This document shows positions 13,555-25,650 of a stretch of DNA of 64,000 nt, one piece after another. Origin of the DNA: Escherichia coli (GTDB lineage Bacteria > Pseudomonadota > Gammaproteobacteria > Enterobacterales > Enterobacteriaceae); assembly GCF_044324875.1 (NCBI RefSeq), contig NZ_CP172185.1, one strand, 5' to 3'. The first letter of the stretch is position 1, and every line of letters starts with the position of its first letter. The notes beneath the pieces were generated by a model, which was given only the letters and a program-made list of their open reading frames with translations, had not been told where the DNA came from and searched no databases. Made by a program: the position numbers and the translations under genes.

Positions 13555-13995
13555 TTAATTACTTGATTTATTGTCGGCTTTATACTTCACATCCTGGGTA
13601 TCTTTACCATATTTATTTTCGCCTTGTGTGCCAACAAACGCACCAAGATCGATAAGCATCATCACCAGAATCAACGTCGGGACAAAACGCCCCACCGCCC
13701 ATTGCCAGACACCCGGTAAAATCGCCCAGTTACCCGCCAGCAGCATCCACGCCACAATCATCAGAAATGCCCATGCGCCGGAACGCCCGCGATCATGCAA
13801 GCGCTTAACGGTTACTGCCGCTGTTGGCCAAAGCAAGCACACAAGGCAAAACGCCGCAGTCTGAATATCGAGTAAATTTTTACCCGCCAGTGAGAAAAGC
13901 ACCAGCATGCCTGCGAACCACAGGCCTATCCAAATCCAGAAATCACGGCGTCCAATACGCCCTTTAAATGAGAATAACCATTGCTGTATGGTCAT
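13555..13995 (-). CDS. yiiR: DUF805-family inner membrane protein YiiR
   Basis: 146 aa, multi-TM. Confidence 0.8.
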   Translation of the reverse strand: MTIQQWLFSFKGRIGRRDFWIWIGLWFAGMLVLFSLAGKNLLDIQTAAFCLVCLLWPTAAVTVKRLHDRGRSGAWAFLMIVAWMLLAGNWAILPGVWQWAVGRFVPTLILVMMLIDLGAFVGTQGENKYGKDTQDVKYKADNKSSN

Positions 13996-14095
13996 GTAAG
14001 TTCCTTGATGGTTGTCTTTTCCAGGATTCTACCCTTTTGACAAGGGCGACAGATATCGTTTTAATCGGAGCCAGTCATAACAAAAGGTACTGTCA

Positions 14096-14695
14096 ATGAA
14101 GCCAGGGTGTACGCTGTTTTTTCTCTTATGTTCTGCATTAACCGTTACAACAACGGCGCATGCACAAACACCAGATACGGCAACGACCGCGCCTTATCTG
14201 CTGGCTGGAGCCCCTACTTTCGATCTCTCCATCAGCCAGTTTAGAGAAGACTTTAACAGCCAGAATCCCAGCCTGCCACTGAACGAATTTCGTGCCATCG
14301 ACAGCAGTCCCGACAAAGCCAATCTCACTCGTGCTGCCAGTAAAATTAATGAGAACTTGTATGCTTCTACAGCGCTGGAGCGCGGTACCTTAAAAATCAA
14401 AAGCATTCAAATGACCTGGCTACCCATCCAGGGGCCAGAGCAAAAAGCCGCGAAAGCGAAAGCTCAGGAATACATGGCAGCGGTGATCCGCACACTCACC
14501 CCATTAATGACCAAAACACAAAGCCAGAAAAAACTGCAGTCGCTACTAACGGCGGGGAAAAACAAACGTTATTACACCGAGACAGAAGGTGCACTGCGTT
14601 ATGTTGTCGCGGACAACGGCGAAAAGGGGCTGACCTTCGCTGTTGAACCGATTAAGCTGGCGCTATCTGAATCGCTTGAAGGTTTGAATAAATGA
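14096..14695 (+). CDS. yiiQ: periplasmic protein YiiQ (signal peptide)
   Basis: 199 aa with N-terminal signal sequence ...TTTAHA. Confidence 0.8.
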   Translation: MKPGCTLFFLLCSALTVTTTAHAQTPDTATTAPYLLAGAPTFDLSISQFREDFNSQNPSLPLNEFRAIDSSPDKANLTRAASKINENLYASTALERGTLKIKSIQMTWLPIQGPEQKAAKAKAQEYMAAVIRTLTPLMTKTQSQKKLQSLLTAGKNKRYYTETEGALRYVVADNGEKGLTFAVEPIKLALSESLEGLNK

Positions 14696-14802
14696 CAAAA
14701 AGCAAAGCCTTTGTGCCGATGAATCTCTATACTGTTTCACAGACCTGCTGCCCTGCGGGGCGGCCATCTTCCTTTATTCGCTTATAAGCGTGGAGAATTA
14801 AA

Positions 14803-15570
14803 ATGCGACATCCTTTAGTGATGGGTAACTGGAAACTGAACGGCAGCCGCCACATGGTTCACGAGCTGGTTTCTAACCTGCGTAAAGAGCTGGCAGGTGT
14901 TGCTGGCTGTGCGGTTGCAATCGCACCACCGGAAATGTACATCGATATGGCGAAGCGTGAAGCTGAAGGCAGCCACATCATGCTGGGTGCGCAAAACGTG
15001 GACCTGAACCTGTCCGGCGCATTCACCGGTGAAACCTCTGCTGCTATGCTGAAAGACATCGGCGCACAGTACATCATCATCGGCCACTCTGAACGTCGTA
15101 CTTACCACAAAGAGTCTGACGAACTGATCGCGAAAAAATTCGCGGTGCTGAAAGAGCAGGGTCTGACTCCGGTTCTGTGCATCGGTGAAACCGAAGCTGA
15201 AAACGAAGCGGGCAAAACTGAAGAAGTTTGTGCACGTCAGATCGACGCGGTACTGAAAACTCAGGGTGCTGCGGCATTCGAAGGTGCGGTTATCGCTTAC
15301 GAACCCGTATGGGCAATCGGTACTGGCAAATCTGCAACTCCGGCTCAGGCACAGGCTGTTCACAAATTCATCCGTGACCACATCGCTAAAGTTGACGCTA
15401 ACATCGCTGAACAAGTGATCATCCAGTACGGCGGCTCTGTAAACGCGTCTAACGCTGCAGAACTGTTTGCTCAGCCAGACATCGACGGCGCGCTGGTTGG
15501 CGGTGCTTCTCTGAAAGCTGACGCTTTCGCAGTGATCGTTAAAGCTGCAGAAGCGGCTAAACAGGCTTAA
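14803..15570 (+). CDS. tpiA: triosephosphate isomerase
   Basis: 255 aa, [15 protein letters not shown]..., [11 protein letters not shown]. Confidence 0.95.
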
Positions 15571-15579
15571 GTCTGACAG

Positions 15580-15612
15580 GTGCCGGATTTCATATCCGGC
15601 ACTTACTTTCCT
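15580..15612. terminator. hairpin between the convergent tpiA and cdh
   Basis: gccggatttcatatccggc palindrome. Confidence 0.5.
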
Positions 15613-15624
15613 TAACTCCTCGCC

Positions 15625-16380
15625 TTAACGCAAAATCTCACACTGATGATCCTGGATTTCCTCGGCTGAAGCACGGTTCAGCGTCAGTAGATTTCGTTGT
15701 GTCGCCAGCAAAACAAACGAATTATCACTCTGCCGTACCATCGCCAGCCCGTAGCTTCCCATATGTTCCCGCGCCTCAGGCACTTCCTCTGCAAGCATCA
15801 TAAATGGGCTGCGTTGTACCAGTTCGCTTTCCGTTACCCGACGCGCCAGGTACTCATGCCCACGCAAACCACCTGGCAGTGGCAACCAGCGGCTGCTGAT
15901 GTTAGCCAGATTGTTATCCAGTTGTTCGCGCACATCAGGACGAATACAAGAGATATGAATATGAAAATGGTTTTGCGTACGCCCGGTGCGAGAGTTGATC
16001 GCCAAAGAAACCGCGCGATCGGGAACCGGCTGGCCGTATTTTTTGCTCATAAAATCACGCGCCTGCCAGGCCAACCAAAAGAAGTTCGGCGTTGAAGGAT
16101 CGGTCAACAAAGGACTTTCCGTGCCGTTAATACGATACGTTGGCATCAACAGATATTGCAGTGGGCCATTAAGATCTTTTAAAACCACGTATCCGGCATT
16201 GGGTTTGACTTCCGCACATGGCGAAGGATTTTTATTTTGCTGTTGATTGGGCAAACATTCCTCAAGGACAATCTTACGTAGTGTATCCGACTCTTCACCG
16301 GTTAATTTCCAGTAACCAATACCGGCAGCCACAACGGCGATAACTATCATCACCAAAAAAAGAAGACCCGCTTTTTTCAT
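15625..16380 (-). CDS. cdh: CDP-diacylglycerol pyrophosphatase
   Basis: ORF 15625-16572; ATG at 16380 gives [20 protein letters not shown]... (251 aa). Confidence 0.9.
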   Translation of the reverse strand: MKKAGLLFLVMIVIAVVAAGIGYWKLTGEESDTLRKIVLEECLPNQQQNKNPSPCAEVKPNAGYVVLKDLNGPLQYLLMPTYRINGTESPLLTDPSTPNFFWLAWQARDFMSKKYGQPVPDRAVSLAINSRTGRTQNHFHIHISCIRPDVREQLDNNLANISSRWLPLPGGLRGHEYLARRVTESELVQRSPFMMLAEEVPEAREHMGSYGLAMVRQSDNSFVLLATQRNLLTLNRASAEEIQDHQCEILR

Positions 16381-16486
16381 CTTTTTTTCCCTGTACCTCA
16401 AAGAGATGCAAGGGTAACGCAAAATCGTGACAAATAAAAAACCCGGTCGCGAGAAACCACCGGGTTTGATAATTATCCTGGGGAAA

Positions 16487-17476
16487 TCAGCGTTTGCTGA
16501 TCTGATCGAACGTACCGCCGTTAGCAAAATGCTCTTTTTGCGCTTTCGTCCAGCCGCCGAACTCTTCATCAATGGTGAATAACTTCAGCTTTGGAAACGC
16601 ATTTTCGTACTTTTTCGCCACCTCAGCATCGCGCGGACGGTAGTAGTTTTTCGCGGCAATTTCCTGACCTTCTGGCGAGTAGAGATATTTCAGGTAGGCT
16701 TCCGCCACCTCTTTGGTGCCTTTTTTCTCGACCACTTTATCGACCACCGACACGGTTGGCTCTGCGAGGATAGACTCACTCGGCGTAACGATTTCGAATT
16801 TATCTTTCCCCAGTTCATTCGCTGCCAGCAGAGCTTCGTTTTCCCAGGCGATCAGTACATCGCCAATCCCGCGCTCGACAAAGGTATTAGTGGAGCCGCG
16901 CGCGCCAGAATCCAGAACTTCGACGTTTTTATACAGTGCCCGAACAAAATCCTGTGCTTTTGCCTGATCGTTGTTGTTGTGATGCAGCGCGTAGCCCCAG
17001 GCAGCCAGGTAGTTCCAGCGCGCGCCACCAGAGCTTTTCGGATTAGGCGTGATCACCGAAACACCCGGTTTAATCAGATCGTTCCAGTCATGGATCTGCT
17101 TCGGATTGCCCTTACGCACCAGGAAAACAATGGTGGAAGTGTACGGTGCGGAGTTATCCGGCAGACGTTTGATCCACTCTTTATCAATCCGCCCGCGTTC
17201 CGCAATCGCGTCCACGTCATAGGCCAGAGCCAGAGTGACAACATCAGCTTCAATACCATTGATTACCGACGTCGCTTGTTTGCCTGAACCACCGTGTGAC
17301 TGACGAATCACCACGTTATCGCCAGTTTGCTGTTTCCAGTGGGCGCTGAATGCCTTGTTGTACTGTTCGTACAATTCGCGCGTTGGATCATATGAAACGT
17401 TAAGAAGCTGAATATCCTTTGCCATAACGCTGGTTGCCGCCAGCAAAAATGTTAACCCTACGCCCCACTTGTTCAT
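16487..17476 (-). CDS. sbp: sulfate-binding periplasmic protein Sbp
   Basis: 329 aa, signal peptide then sulfate/thiosulfate-binding-protein fold. Confidence 0.9.
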
Positions 17477-17637
17477 CGCCCGACTCTCTTATGTTGTGTT
17501 GTGATGAGCAAAGCGTGCCAGAAGGTTAACAAAACATTAAAGAATAAAAAAAGATTTGCTATAACTTGCGGGTATATGTTGAGGGATTAAAAAGGCGGAA
17601 GAAATCCGCCTCATATTGCTGACAAAGTGCGCTTTAT

Positions 17638-17740
17638 CGATGCCGGATGCGGCGCGAACGCCTTATCCGGCCTACAAAAGTTTGCAAATTCAATAAATTG
17701 CAGAATTCATGTAGGCCTGATAAGCGAAGCGCATCAGGCA
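17638..17740. repeat. BIME: two inverted REP palindromes between sbp and pfkA
   Basis: gatgccggatgcggcgcgaacgccttatccggcctac and gtaggcctgataagcgaagcgcatcaggca. Confidence 0.7.
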
Positions 17741-17795
17741 TTTTTGCTTCTGTCATCGGTTTCAGGCTAAAGGAATCTGCCTTTTTCCGAAATCA

Positions 17796-18758
17796 TTAAT
17801 ACAGTTTTTTCGCGCAGTCCAGCCAGTCGCCTTTGAACGGACGCTTCATGTTTTCGATAGCGTCGATGATGTCGTGGTGAACCAGCTGTTCGTTCTGGAT
17901 ACCTACGCAACGACCGCCGTAACCTGCCAGCAGCAGATCGATAGCGTAAGCGCCCATACGGGAAGCCAGAATACGGTCGTAAGGCACCGGAGAACCACCG
18001 CGCTGGATGTGGCCCAGCACAGTTGCGCGGGTTTCACGACCGGTTTCTTTCTCGATGAAATGCGCCAGTTCGTCAACATCACACATATGTTCGGTAATCG
18101 CCACGATCGCGTGTTTTTTACCTTTCGCGATACCCGCTTTGATTTCGTTTACCAGGTCTTCACGGCTGAATTCAACTTCCGGAACTACAACGAATTCACA
18201 GCCACCGGCAATGGCCGCAGCCAGGGTCAGATCGCCACAATAACGGCCCATCACTTCCACCACGGAAATACGCTGGTGAGAAGAAGAGGTGTCACGCAGA
18301 CGGTCGATCGCTTCTACAACGGTGCTCAGCGCAGTGAAGAAACCGATAGTGTAGTCAGTGCCTTTGATGTCGTTGTCGATAGTGCCCGGCAGACCGATGC
18401 ACGGGAAGCCCATTTCGGTCAGACGCATTGCACCCATGTAGGAACCGTCACCGCCGATAACCACCAGCGCGTCGATACCACGTTTTTTCAGGTTTTCGAT
18501 AGCCACGGCGCGGATGTTCTCGTCGCGGAATTCCGGGAAACGCGCAGAACCGAGGAACGTACCACCACGGTTGATCATGTCAGAAACGCTGTAACGGTCT
18601 AGCTGTACCATACGGTCTTCATACAGACCCAGATAGCCGTCATAAATGCCCATTACTTCCAGACCTTCTGTCAGCGCAGAACGAACAACCCCGCGAATTG
18701 CGGCGTTCATGCCTGGCGCATCACCGCCGCTTGTCAACACACCGATTTTCTTAATCAT
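17796..18758 (-). CDS. pfkA: 6-phosphofructokinase I
   Basis: ORF 17796-18854; ATG at 18758 gives [23 protein letters not shown]... Confidence 0.95.
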
Positions 18759-18938
18759 GACTACCTCTGAACTTTGGAATGCAAAATGAAATCTGTTGCC
18801 GGAAGTCTTCTTGCACATCGAAGTGATCCAACGAATGTGCAAATAGTATAACAATCACTTCCTGCTGAATTGATTCAGGTCAGGCCAAATGGCGGTATTT
18901 TATACACAAAATGCGGGTCTGGCTCTCTTTTATACTGA

Positions 18939-19841
18939 TTATGAAAGCATAGACCGTTTACCCTCCCTGGGTACGACGGAACAGGGGTCCTGATGGATAA
19001 TCACATCCGATCCCGGAAAACGCCGTAAAATAGCCTGCTCTACCTGATCCGCCACCATATGTGCCTGAACCAAAGGCAGAGAGTCTTCCATTTCCAAATG
19101 AATCTGAATAAAGCGGGTCGGCCCTGACTGCCGCGTGCGAAGATCGTGAGCGCCGCTAACACCCGGCCAGGAAGTCACGATATCAATAATTTCTTGCCGT
19201 TCTTCATCAGGCAATGCGCGATCCAGTAATGACTGTACCGCCTCATATCCCATGCGTAACGCGCTATATAAAATATAGATGCCGATTCCCAATGCAAACA
19301 GAGCATCGGCGCGATGCCAGCCGTACCAGGACAACCCCAGCGCCAGCAGAATTGCGCCGTTCATCATAACATCAGACTGGTAATGTAGCATATCAGCCCG
19401 CACCGCCTGGCTTTGCGTCCGGCGCACCACCCACCGCTGAAACGAGACAAGGATAATCGTACAAATTAGCGCCACAATTGTCACGATTACCCCGACGCCT
19501 GGATCTGTCATCGGTGTTGGAGATATCAGATGTTGAATACCCGTCAAAAAGAGGAATAGTGCCGAACCGGAGATAAACATACTTTGCGCCAGCGCCGCGA
19601 GGGACTCAGCTTTACCGTGACCAAACGAGTGATTATCGTCGGCAGGTTGCAGGGAATATCGCACCACCAGTAAATTCGTCAACGACGCGCCGATATCCAC
19701 CAGCGAATCCACCAGCGCGGCGAGAATACTCACCGACCCGGTATACCACCATGCAAAAATTTTAATCAGCAATAGCAGTGAAGCCATCGCCGTTGCAGCA
19801 ATCGCCGCCCGACTGACCAGCCGTCCATAAGATTGATTCAT
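18939..19841 (-). CDS. fieF: cation diffusion facilitator FieF (YiiP)
   Basis: ORF 18939-19859; [29 protein letters not shown]... from the internal ATG. Confidence 0.9.
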
Positions 19842-19989
19842 AAATACTCCCGCTATCAACTGACGCTAGTATAACGGAAGCAAATCATCTGCAATGCATT
19901 AAGCAGCAGGCAAATTGAGGATAAAAAAAACCCCCACATCATGTGGGGGAAGACAGGGATGGTGTCTATGGCAAGGAAAACAGGGTTTA

Positions 19990-20490
19990 CTACTGGGAAC
20001 GTGAGTTGCTACTACTCAATAGCTTCAACGATGAACTTTTTTGCCATTGCGTCACGTCACGCAACTGCTCCATTCGTTGTTGATGTTTCTCATTTAAAAC
20101 CGCTTGCTGCTCCGGCGTTAACAGGCGATACATTTGGTTGCGGACTTTTGCCATCTCAACCTGACGAGCAATTTGCTCATTCGCCATTTTTTCTGCCTGT
20201 GCGCGCACAGCGTTTTCATCAAAATTTTCTGCGGTGACAAGGCGATGCATTGTCTCCAGTTCGCTAACATTAACAGGAGGCTGTTCGTGCCGGGCCTGTT
20301 GCATAAGATCTCGCATCTGCTGACGCTGATGTTCGGTTAAACTTATGCCGTCGAACATATGGCTCTGCGTACTGCGCTGCGTAAGTTCTTCACCCGGATG
20401 CCAGTTATCGCCTGAACCGACTTCAGCAGCGTGGCTTAATGAACTGACTGCCAGCGTTGAGGCCATGACGGCAGCGGTAACTATGCGCAT
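19990..20490 (-). CDS. cpxP: periplasmic stress adaptor CpxP
   Basis: ~166 aa, signal peptide, [15 protein letters not shown] motif; divergent from cpxR. Confidence 0.9.
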
Positions 20491-20569
20491 CATTTGCTCC
20501 CAAAATCTTTCTGTCGCGATTCAACGATAGAGAGTTTACGATTCAGGCTGCAAACATGCGTCAGGGGGT

Positions 20570-20584
20570 GTAAAACAACGTAAA
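20570..20584. promoter_or_regulatory. CpxR-P binding box in the cpxP / cpxRA divergent promoter region
   Basis: gtaaaacaacgtaaa matches the CpxR consensus GTAAA-N5-GTAAA. Confidence 0.6.
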
Positions 20585-20639
20585 GTCATGGATTAGCGAC
20601 GTCTGATGACGTAATTTCTGCCTCGGAGGTATTTAAACA

Positions 20640-21338
20640 ATGAATAAAATCCTGTTAGTTGATGATGACCGAGAGCTGACTTCCCTATTAAAGGAGCTGC
20701 TCGAGATGGAAGGCTTCAACGTGATTGTTGCCCACGATGGGGAACAGGCGCTTGATCTTCTGGACGACAGCATTGATTTACTTTTGCTTGATGTAATGAT
20801 GCCGAAGAAAAATGGTATCGACACATTAAAAGCACTTCGCCAGACACACCAGACGCCTGTCATTATGTTGACGGCGCGCGGCAGTGAACTTGATCGCGTT
20901 CTCGGCCTTGAGCTGGGCGCAGATGACTATCTCCCGAAACCGTTTAATGATCGTGAGCTGGTGGCACGTATTCGCGCGATCCTGCGCCGTTCGCACTGGA
21001 GCGAGCAACAGCAAAACAACGACAACGGTTCACCGACACTGGAAGTTGATGCCTTAGTGCTGAATCCAGGCCGTCAGGAAGCCAGCTTCGACGGGCAAAC
21101 GCTGGAGTTAACCGGCACTGAGTTTACCCTGCTCTATTTGCTGGCACAGCATCTGGGTCAGGTGGTTTCCCGTGAACATTTAAGCCAGGAAGTGCTGGGC
21201 AAACGCCTGACGCCTTTCGACCGCGCTATCGATATGCACATTTCCAACCTGCGTCGTAAACTGCCGGATCGTAAAGATGGTCACCCGTGGTTTAAAACCT
21301 TGCGTGGTCGCGGCTATCTGATGGTTTCTGCTTCATGA
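20640..21338 (+). CDS. cpxR: response regulator CpxR (OmpR family)
   Basis: 232 aa, MNKILLVDDDRELTSLLKELL... Confidence 0.95.
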   Translation: MNKILLVDDDRELTSLLKELLEMEGFNVIVAHDGEQALDLLDDSIDLLLLDVMMPKKNGIDTLKALRQTHQTPVIMLTARGSELDRVLGLELGADDYLPKPFNDRELVARIRAILRRSHWSEQQQNNDNGSPTLEVDALVLNPGRQEASFDGQTLELTGTEFTLLYLLAQHLGQVVSREHLSQEVLGKRLTPFDRAIDMHISNLRRKLPDRKDGHPWFKTLRGRGYLMVSAS

Positions 21339-22708
21339 TAGGCAGCTTAACCGCGCGCATCTTCGCCATCTTCTGGCTGACGCTGGCGCTGGTGTTGATG
21401 TTGGTTTTGATGTTACCCAAGCTCGATTCACGCCAGATGACCGAGCTTCTGGATAGCGAACAGCGTCAGGGGCTGATGATTGAGCAGCATGTTGAAGCGG
21501 AGCTGGCGAACGATCCGCCCAATGATTTAATGTGGTGGCGGCGTCTGTTCCGGGCGATTGATAAGTGGGCACCGCCAGGACAGCGTTTGTTATTGGTGAC
21601 CACCGAAGGCCGCGTGATCGGCGCTGAACGCAGCGAAATGCAGATCATTCGTAACTTTATTGGTCAGGCCGATAACGCCGATCATCCGCAGAAGAAAAAG
21701 TATGGGCGCGTGGAACTGGTCGGTCCGTTCTCCGTGCGTGATGGCGAAGATAATTACCAACTTTATCTGATTCGTCCGGCCAGCAGTTCTCAATCCGATT
21801 TCATTAACTTACTGTTTGACCGCCCGCTATTACTGCTGATTGTCACCATGTTGGTCAGTACGCCGCTGCTGTTGTGGTTGGCCTGGAGTCTGGCAAAACC
21901 GGCGCGTAAGCTGAAAAACGCTGCCGATGAAGTTGCCCAGGGAAACTTACGCCAGCACCCGGAACTGGAAGCGGGGCCACAGGAATTCCTTGCCGCAGGT
22001 GCCAGTTTTAACCAGATGGTCACCGCGCTGGAGCGCATGATGACCTCTCAGCAGCGTCTGCTTTCTGATATCTCTCACGAGCTGCGCACCCCGCTGACGC
22101 GTCTGCAACTGGGTACGGCGTTACTGCGCCGTCGTAGTGGTGAAAGCAAGGAACTGGAGCGTATTGAAACCGAAGCGCAACGTCTGGACAGCATGATTAA
22201 CGACCTGTTGGTGATGTCACGTAATCAGCAGAAAAATGCGCTGGTAAGCGAGACATTGAAAGCTAACCAGTTGTGGGGCGAAGTGCTGGATAACGCGGCG
22301 TTCGAAGCCGAGCAGATGGGCAAGTCGTTGACGGTTAACTTCCCGCCTGGGCCGTGGCCGCTGTACGGCAACCCGAACGCCCTGGAGAGTGCGCTGGAAA
22401 ACATTGTTCGTAATGCCCTGCGTTATTCCCATACGAAGATTGAAGTGGGCTTTGCGGTAGATAAAGACGGTATCACCATTACGGTGGACGACGATGGTCC
22501 TGGCGTTAGCCCGGAAGATCGCGAACAGATTTTCCGTCCGTTCTATCGTACCGATGAAGCACGCGATCGTGAATCTGGCGGTACAGGTTTGGGGCTGGCA
22601 ATTGTTGAAACCGCCATTCAGCAGCATCGTGGCTGGGTTAAAGCGGAAGACAGCCCGCTGGGCGGTTTACGGCTGGTGATTTGGTTGCCGCTGTATAAGC
22701 GGAGTTAA
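21335..22708 (+). CDS. cpxA: sensor histidine kinase CpxA
   Basis: 457 aa, H-box SHELRTPLTRL; overlaps the cpxR stop. Confidence 0.95.
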   Translation: MIGSLTARIFAIFWLTLALVLMLVLMLPKLDSRQMTELLDSEQRQGLMIEQHVEAELANDPPNDLMWWRRLFRAIDKWAPPGQRLLLVTTEGRVIGAERSEMQIIRNFIGQADNADHPQKKKYGRVELVGPFSVRDGEDNYQLYLIRPASSSQSDFINLLFDRPLLLLIVTMLVSTPLLLWLAWSLAKPARKLKNAADEVAQGNLRQHPELEAGPQEFLAAGASFNQMVTALERMMTSQQRLLSDISHELRTPLTRLQLGTALLRRRSGESKELERIETEAQRLDSMINDLLVMSRNQQKNALVSETLKANQLWGEVLDNAAFEAEQMGKSLTVNFPPGPWPLYGNPNALESALENIVRNALRYSHTKIEVGFAVDKDGITITVDDDGPGVSPEDREQIFRPFYRTDEARDRESGGTGLGLAIVETAIQQHRGWVKAEDSPLGGLRLVIWLPLYKRS

Positions 22709-22778
22709 ACTCGGCGCAGAGCCGTCCCCTTCGGGGTGAAGGCAACAGGTCAGCACTGTGCGAACTGATACCCTCACC

Positions 22779-22894
22779 CCGGCCCTCTCCCTGAAAGGGC
22801 GAGGGGGAAAAACGTAGCCCTGTTCAGCAACGGAGCTGAGCACCGCTCCGGACAGTCCCCTCGCCCCTCTGGGGAGAGGGTTAGGGTGAGGGGA
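22779..22894. repeat. large imperfect inverted repeat (~40 bp arms) between cpxA and yiiM
   Basis: accctcaccccggccctctccctgaaagggcgagggg... and ...cccctcgcccctctggggagagggttagggtgaggg are near reverse complements. Confidence 0.5.
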
Positions 22895-22963
22895 AAAATT
22901 CAGCACAATGCAAACGGCACTGCTCTCACCGGAAACCATGCCAGATTTCGTATTAAGGCAGAC

Positions 22964-23638
22964 TTATTTTCCCCACAACCGGCGGGAAAAATCTTCGATC
23001 TTGCCGCTCAGTCGGCGCTTTTGCATCGTCCGCGTCCAGCTTTTCGATAACCCGGCAGCGGAGAGTAAACGGTGATACTGCTCGTCATCAAACGGCATAT
23101 GCCATGCGATGGCGGCAGCCTCCTGCACGGTCACATCACTGACACGGGAAACCAACTCCAGCGGAGCATCAGCAGATACCAACCCTGGCGCAATCACGCT
23201 ATACAACCACCCCACTTTACCCGTGTTTTGCATCAACTGCGCTATATCGCTGATATCAAAATGGTAATTGAGTTTATAGCAAGGTGAGCGTGGCTGGCTG
23301 ACCTGAATTAATGCCTCTCCCCAGCGGAAAATATCGCCAATATAAACATTACTTTCCGTCAGACCGTCGGTTGAGAGATTTTCGCCAAACGCAGGCGCAA
23401 CAAACAACTCCGCCTGTTCCGGAAATTCCCGCGCCCAGTAAAGATAATGCTCACGAGGATAATGACACAGCGCTCTGTCTGGCCCGCCGTGAACCTTTTT
23501 CTCCGCCTGCTCGTCACCTTCCAGCCCCAGCTCCGTCAGCATCAACTCACCATCAACCTGGATTTTGGCAATTGCGCTGGGTTTGCCTTCGGGATAAGCC
23601 TGAATCTTGCCTGTGTATACATCAACCGGATATCGCAT
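22964..23638 (-). CDS. yiiM: MOSC-domain protein YiiM
   Basis: ORF 22964-23668; MRYPVDVYTGKIQAYPEGKPSAIAK... from the internal ATG. Confidence 0.85.
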   Translation of the reverse strand: MRYPVDVYTGKIQAYPEGKPSAIAKIQVDGELMLTELGLEGDEQAEKKVHGGPDRALCHYPREHYLYWAREFPEQAELFVAPAFGENLSTDGLTESNVYIGDIFRWGEALIQVSQPRSPCYKLNYHFDISDIAQLMQNTGKVGWLYSVIAPGLVSADAPLELVSRVSDVTVQEAAAIAWHMPFDDEQYHRLLSAAGLSKSWTRTMQKRRLSGKIEDFSRRLWGK

Positions 23639-23786
23639 CTGTTCCCTCTCCACGAGAAATTTCCCCATTAGACCATATTTATTTTATGTCAGGCGTGCTG
23701 TTTTCGCGGTAAGTATCCAGGCAGGAACTCAATAGCAAACCGGACGAACGTTAGTTCATCCGGCTGTGGGGATTAAGGAAGCAGGT

Positions 23787-24770
23787 TTATTTCACCGTAC
23801 CTAAAATTTCGATTTTCGCTGCTCTGGCTTTGACTTTACGTGACCAGATAGAGGTAAGAATTGGCACCAGAATCGAAGTCACAATGACCGCCGTTGCTAC
23901 CAGCGAAGTTGCTGCCGGAGCCATTGGTTTAAACGCAGGCACCATTTCTGCAATCAGCACAGGTGTCGCTACCGCGGCCCCTGCGGAACTGGAAGCGGCA
24001 ATTCCGGCAGTGCCATCGCCACCGCCAATCAATTTATCGGCGATAATCAACGGAATACCGGTCACGATAATTACTGCCACACCCAACAGGATCCCCAGCA
24101 AACCTGTCTGGGCAATTACAGTCAAATCAATGGTATTACCCAGTGCGAAGGCAAAGAATGGAATCAGCGTCTGCACCGCTTTGCTGAAAAATTCTCGTAA
24201 TTCAGGGTCAAGGTTCCCAAGGGCAAAGCCCACCAGGAATGGTAATACTGCGCCGACGAAAACATGCGGTTCAAACGAGGCAATCCCGGCAGTGCCCAGA
24301 ATAATCATCGTCATGAGCGGCCCGGACTCCAATGACATCAACACAAATGCCCCAGCTTCTTCTTTTGTGCCGTACTGCTGCATGATGGAAGCGTAAAGTC
24401 CGCCGTTGGTCATATCCATCGCCGCCACCAGCGCCAGCGTTGAAAGTCCGGCAAAGAATCCAACTTCAACACCATGTTCCGGAATAATGCGCGAGGCAAT
24501 TGCCGCAACCACCCACGCGACGGCAATTTTTGTTACCACCAGCGTACCGGATTTACGCAATACCGTTCCCGTCGCGCTTAATTTTATTGACGCCCCCATG
24601 CAAAAAAACCACACCGCCAGAATGGGCACCGTACCGGTAATCATCCCGTTGGTGAATGATCCAAAATATTTCCCCGCCTCCGGCGAGAAGGTGTGGCACA
24701 GTGCACCAAGGAATAACGGGACGAGCATCATCCCCCCCGGGATTTTCTCAATCGAGCGTTTTATCTGCAT
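23787..24770 (-). CDS. kdgT: 2-keto-3-deoxygluconate permease KdgT
   Basis: ORF 23787-24812; [23 protein letters not shown]... (327 aa) from the internal ATG. Confidence 0.9.
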   Translation of the reverse strand: MQIKRSIEKIPGGMMLVPLFLGALCHTFSPEAGKYFGSFTNGMITGTVPILAVWFFCMGASIKLSATGTVLRKSGTLVVTKIAVAWVVAAIASRIIPEHGVEVGFFAGLSTLALVAAMDMTNGGLYASIMQQYGTKEEAGAFVLMSLESGPLMTMIILGTAGIASFEPHVFVGAVLPFLVGFALGNLDPELREFFSKAVQTLIPFFAFALGNTIDLTVIAQTGLLGILLGVAVIIVTGIPLIIADKLIGGGDGTAGIAASSSAGAAVATPVLIAEMVPAFKPMAPAATSLVATAVIVTSILVPILTSIWSRKVKARAAKIEILGTVK

Positions 24771-25029
24771 TTCCATCACCTGTCGGCATATTTTTAAGGG
24801 CTGATGCGTCATTCCTCAATGGAGCATCAGTGTTGATGGAAACGAAGATAGACATTCATTTAATCAATAAAAGTGATCAAAACCACATCAATTGAAACAC
24901 TGTTTTATTTTTATCGGATCATTGTTTTTATTTTGAAATTGATCACAAAAAAACCACCGCCGTTGGCGATGGTTCATTTTTTAAGCTGATATGCGGCGTA
25001 AACGCCTCATTGCAGCAGGCGGCAAATGA

Positions 25030-25650
25030 TTATTTTTTCGCCGCGAAACGTGCCGCTGCTTCGTCCCAGTTCACCACGTTCCAGAACTCTTTGATGTAGT
25101 CAGGACGGCGGTTCTGGAATTTCAGGTAGTAAGCATGTTCCCACACATCCAGGCCCAGAATCGGGAAGCCGGAAGCGCCAGAAATAGCTTCACCCATCAG
25201 CGGGGAATCCTGGTTAGCAGTAGAAACCACCGCCAGTTTATCGCCTTTCAGCACCAGCCATGCCCAGCCGGAACCAAAGCGGGAAGCTGCCGCTTTCTCA
25301 AATTCTGCTTTGAAGTTATCAACGGAGCCGAAGTCACGTTCGATAGCCGCTTTCAGGTCACCCTGCAGGGTGGTGCCTTTTTTCAGACCTTTCCAGAACA
25401 GGCTGTGGTTAGCGTGACCGCCAGCGTTGTTGCGCAGTACGGTTTTCTTGTCTGCTGGCAGCTGGTCCAGTTTGGTGATCAGCTCTTCAACCGGCAGGTT
25501 GGCAAATTCTGGCAGGCTTTCCAGCGCCGCGTTGGCGTTGTTGACGTAGGTCTGATGGTGTTTGGTGTGGTGGATTTCCATGGTCTGCTTATCGAAGTGC
25601 GGTTCCAGGGCATCGTAAGCATACGGCAGGGATGGCAGGGTATAACTCAT
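25030..25650 (-). CDS. sodA: manganese superoxide dismutase
   Basis: [35 protein letters not shown]...; 206 aa from the internal ATG. Confidence 0.95.
   Translation of the reverse strand: MSYTLPSLPYAYDALEPHFDKQTMEIHHTKHHQTYVNNANAALESLPEFANLPVEELITKLDQLPADKKTVLRNNAGGHANHSLFWKGLKKGTTLQGDLKAAIERDFGSVDNFKAEFEKAAASRFGSGWAWLVLKGDKLAVVSTANQDSPLMGEAISGASGFPILGLDVWEHAYYLKFQNRRPDYIKEFWNVVNWDEAAARFAAKK

Noticed and set aside
10604-17740. Repeated palindromes that could be mistaken for a CRISPR array
   Set aside because: They are single or paired REP/BIME units with REP consensus, not regularly spaced direct repeats with unique spacers; no cas genes in the window.
17796-18854. Upstream alternative starts reported by the ORF track (for example TTG at 18854 for pfkA; similar for cdh, kdgT, yiiM, glpK, glpX, rhaD)
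   Set aside because: The track shows GTG/TTG as M; internal ATGs matching the known protein N-termini with proper spacing were used instead.
22667-22939. 90-aa ORF over the cpxA–yiiM inverted repeat
   Set aside because: Translation is dominated by the repeat arms (PRGARG, GDGSAPS); more plausibly a non-coding structured element.
23830-24396. 188-aa ORF antisense to kdgT
   Set aside because: Opposite strand of a recognisable transporter gene; biased composition, no start context.
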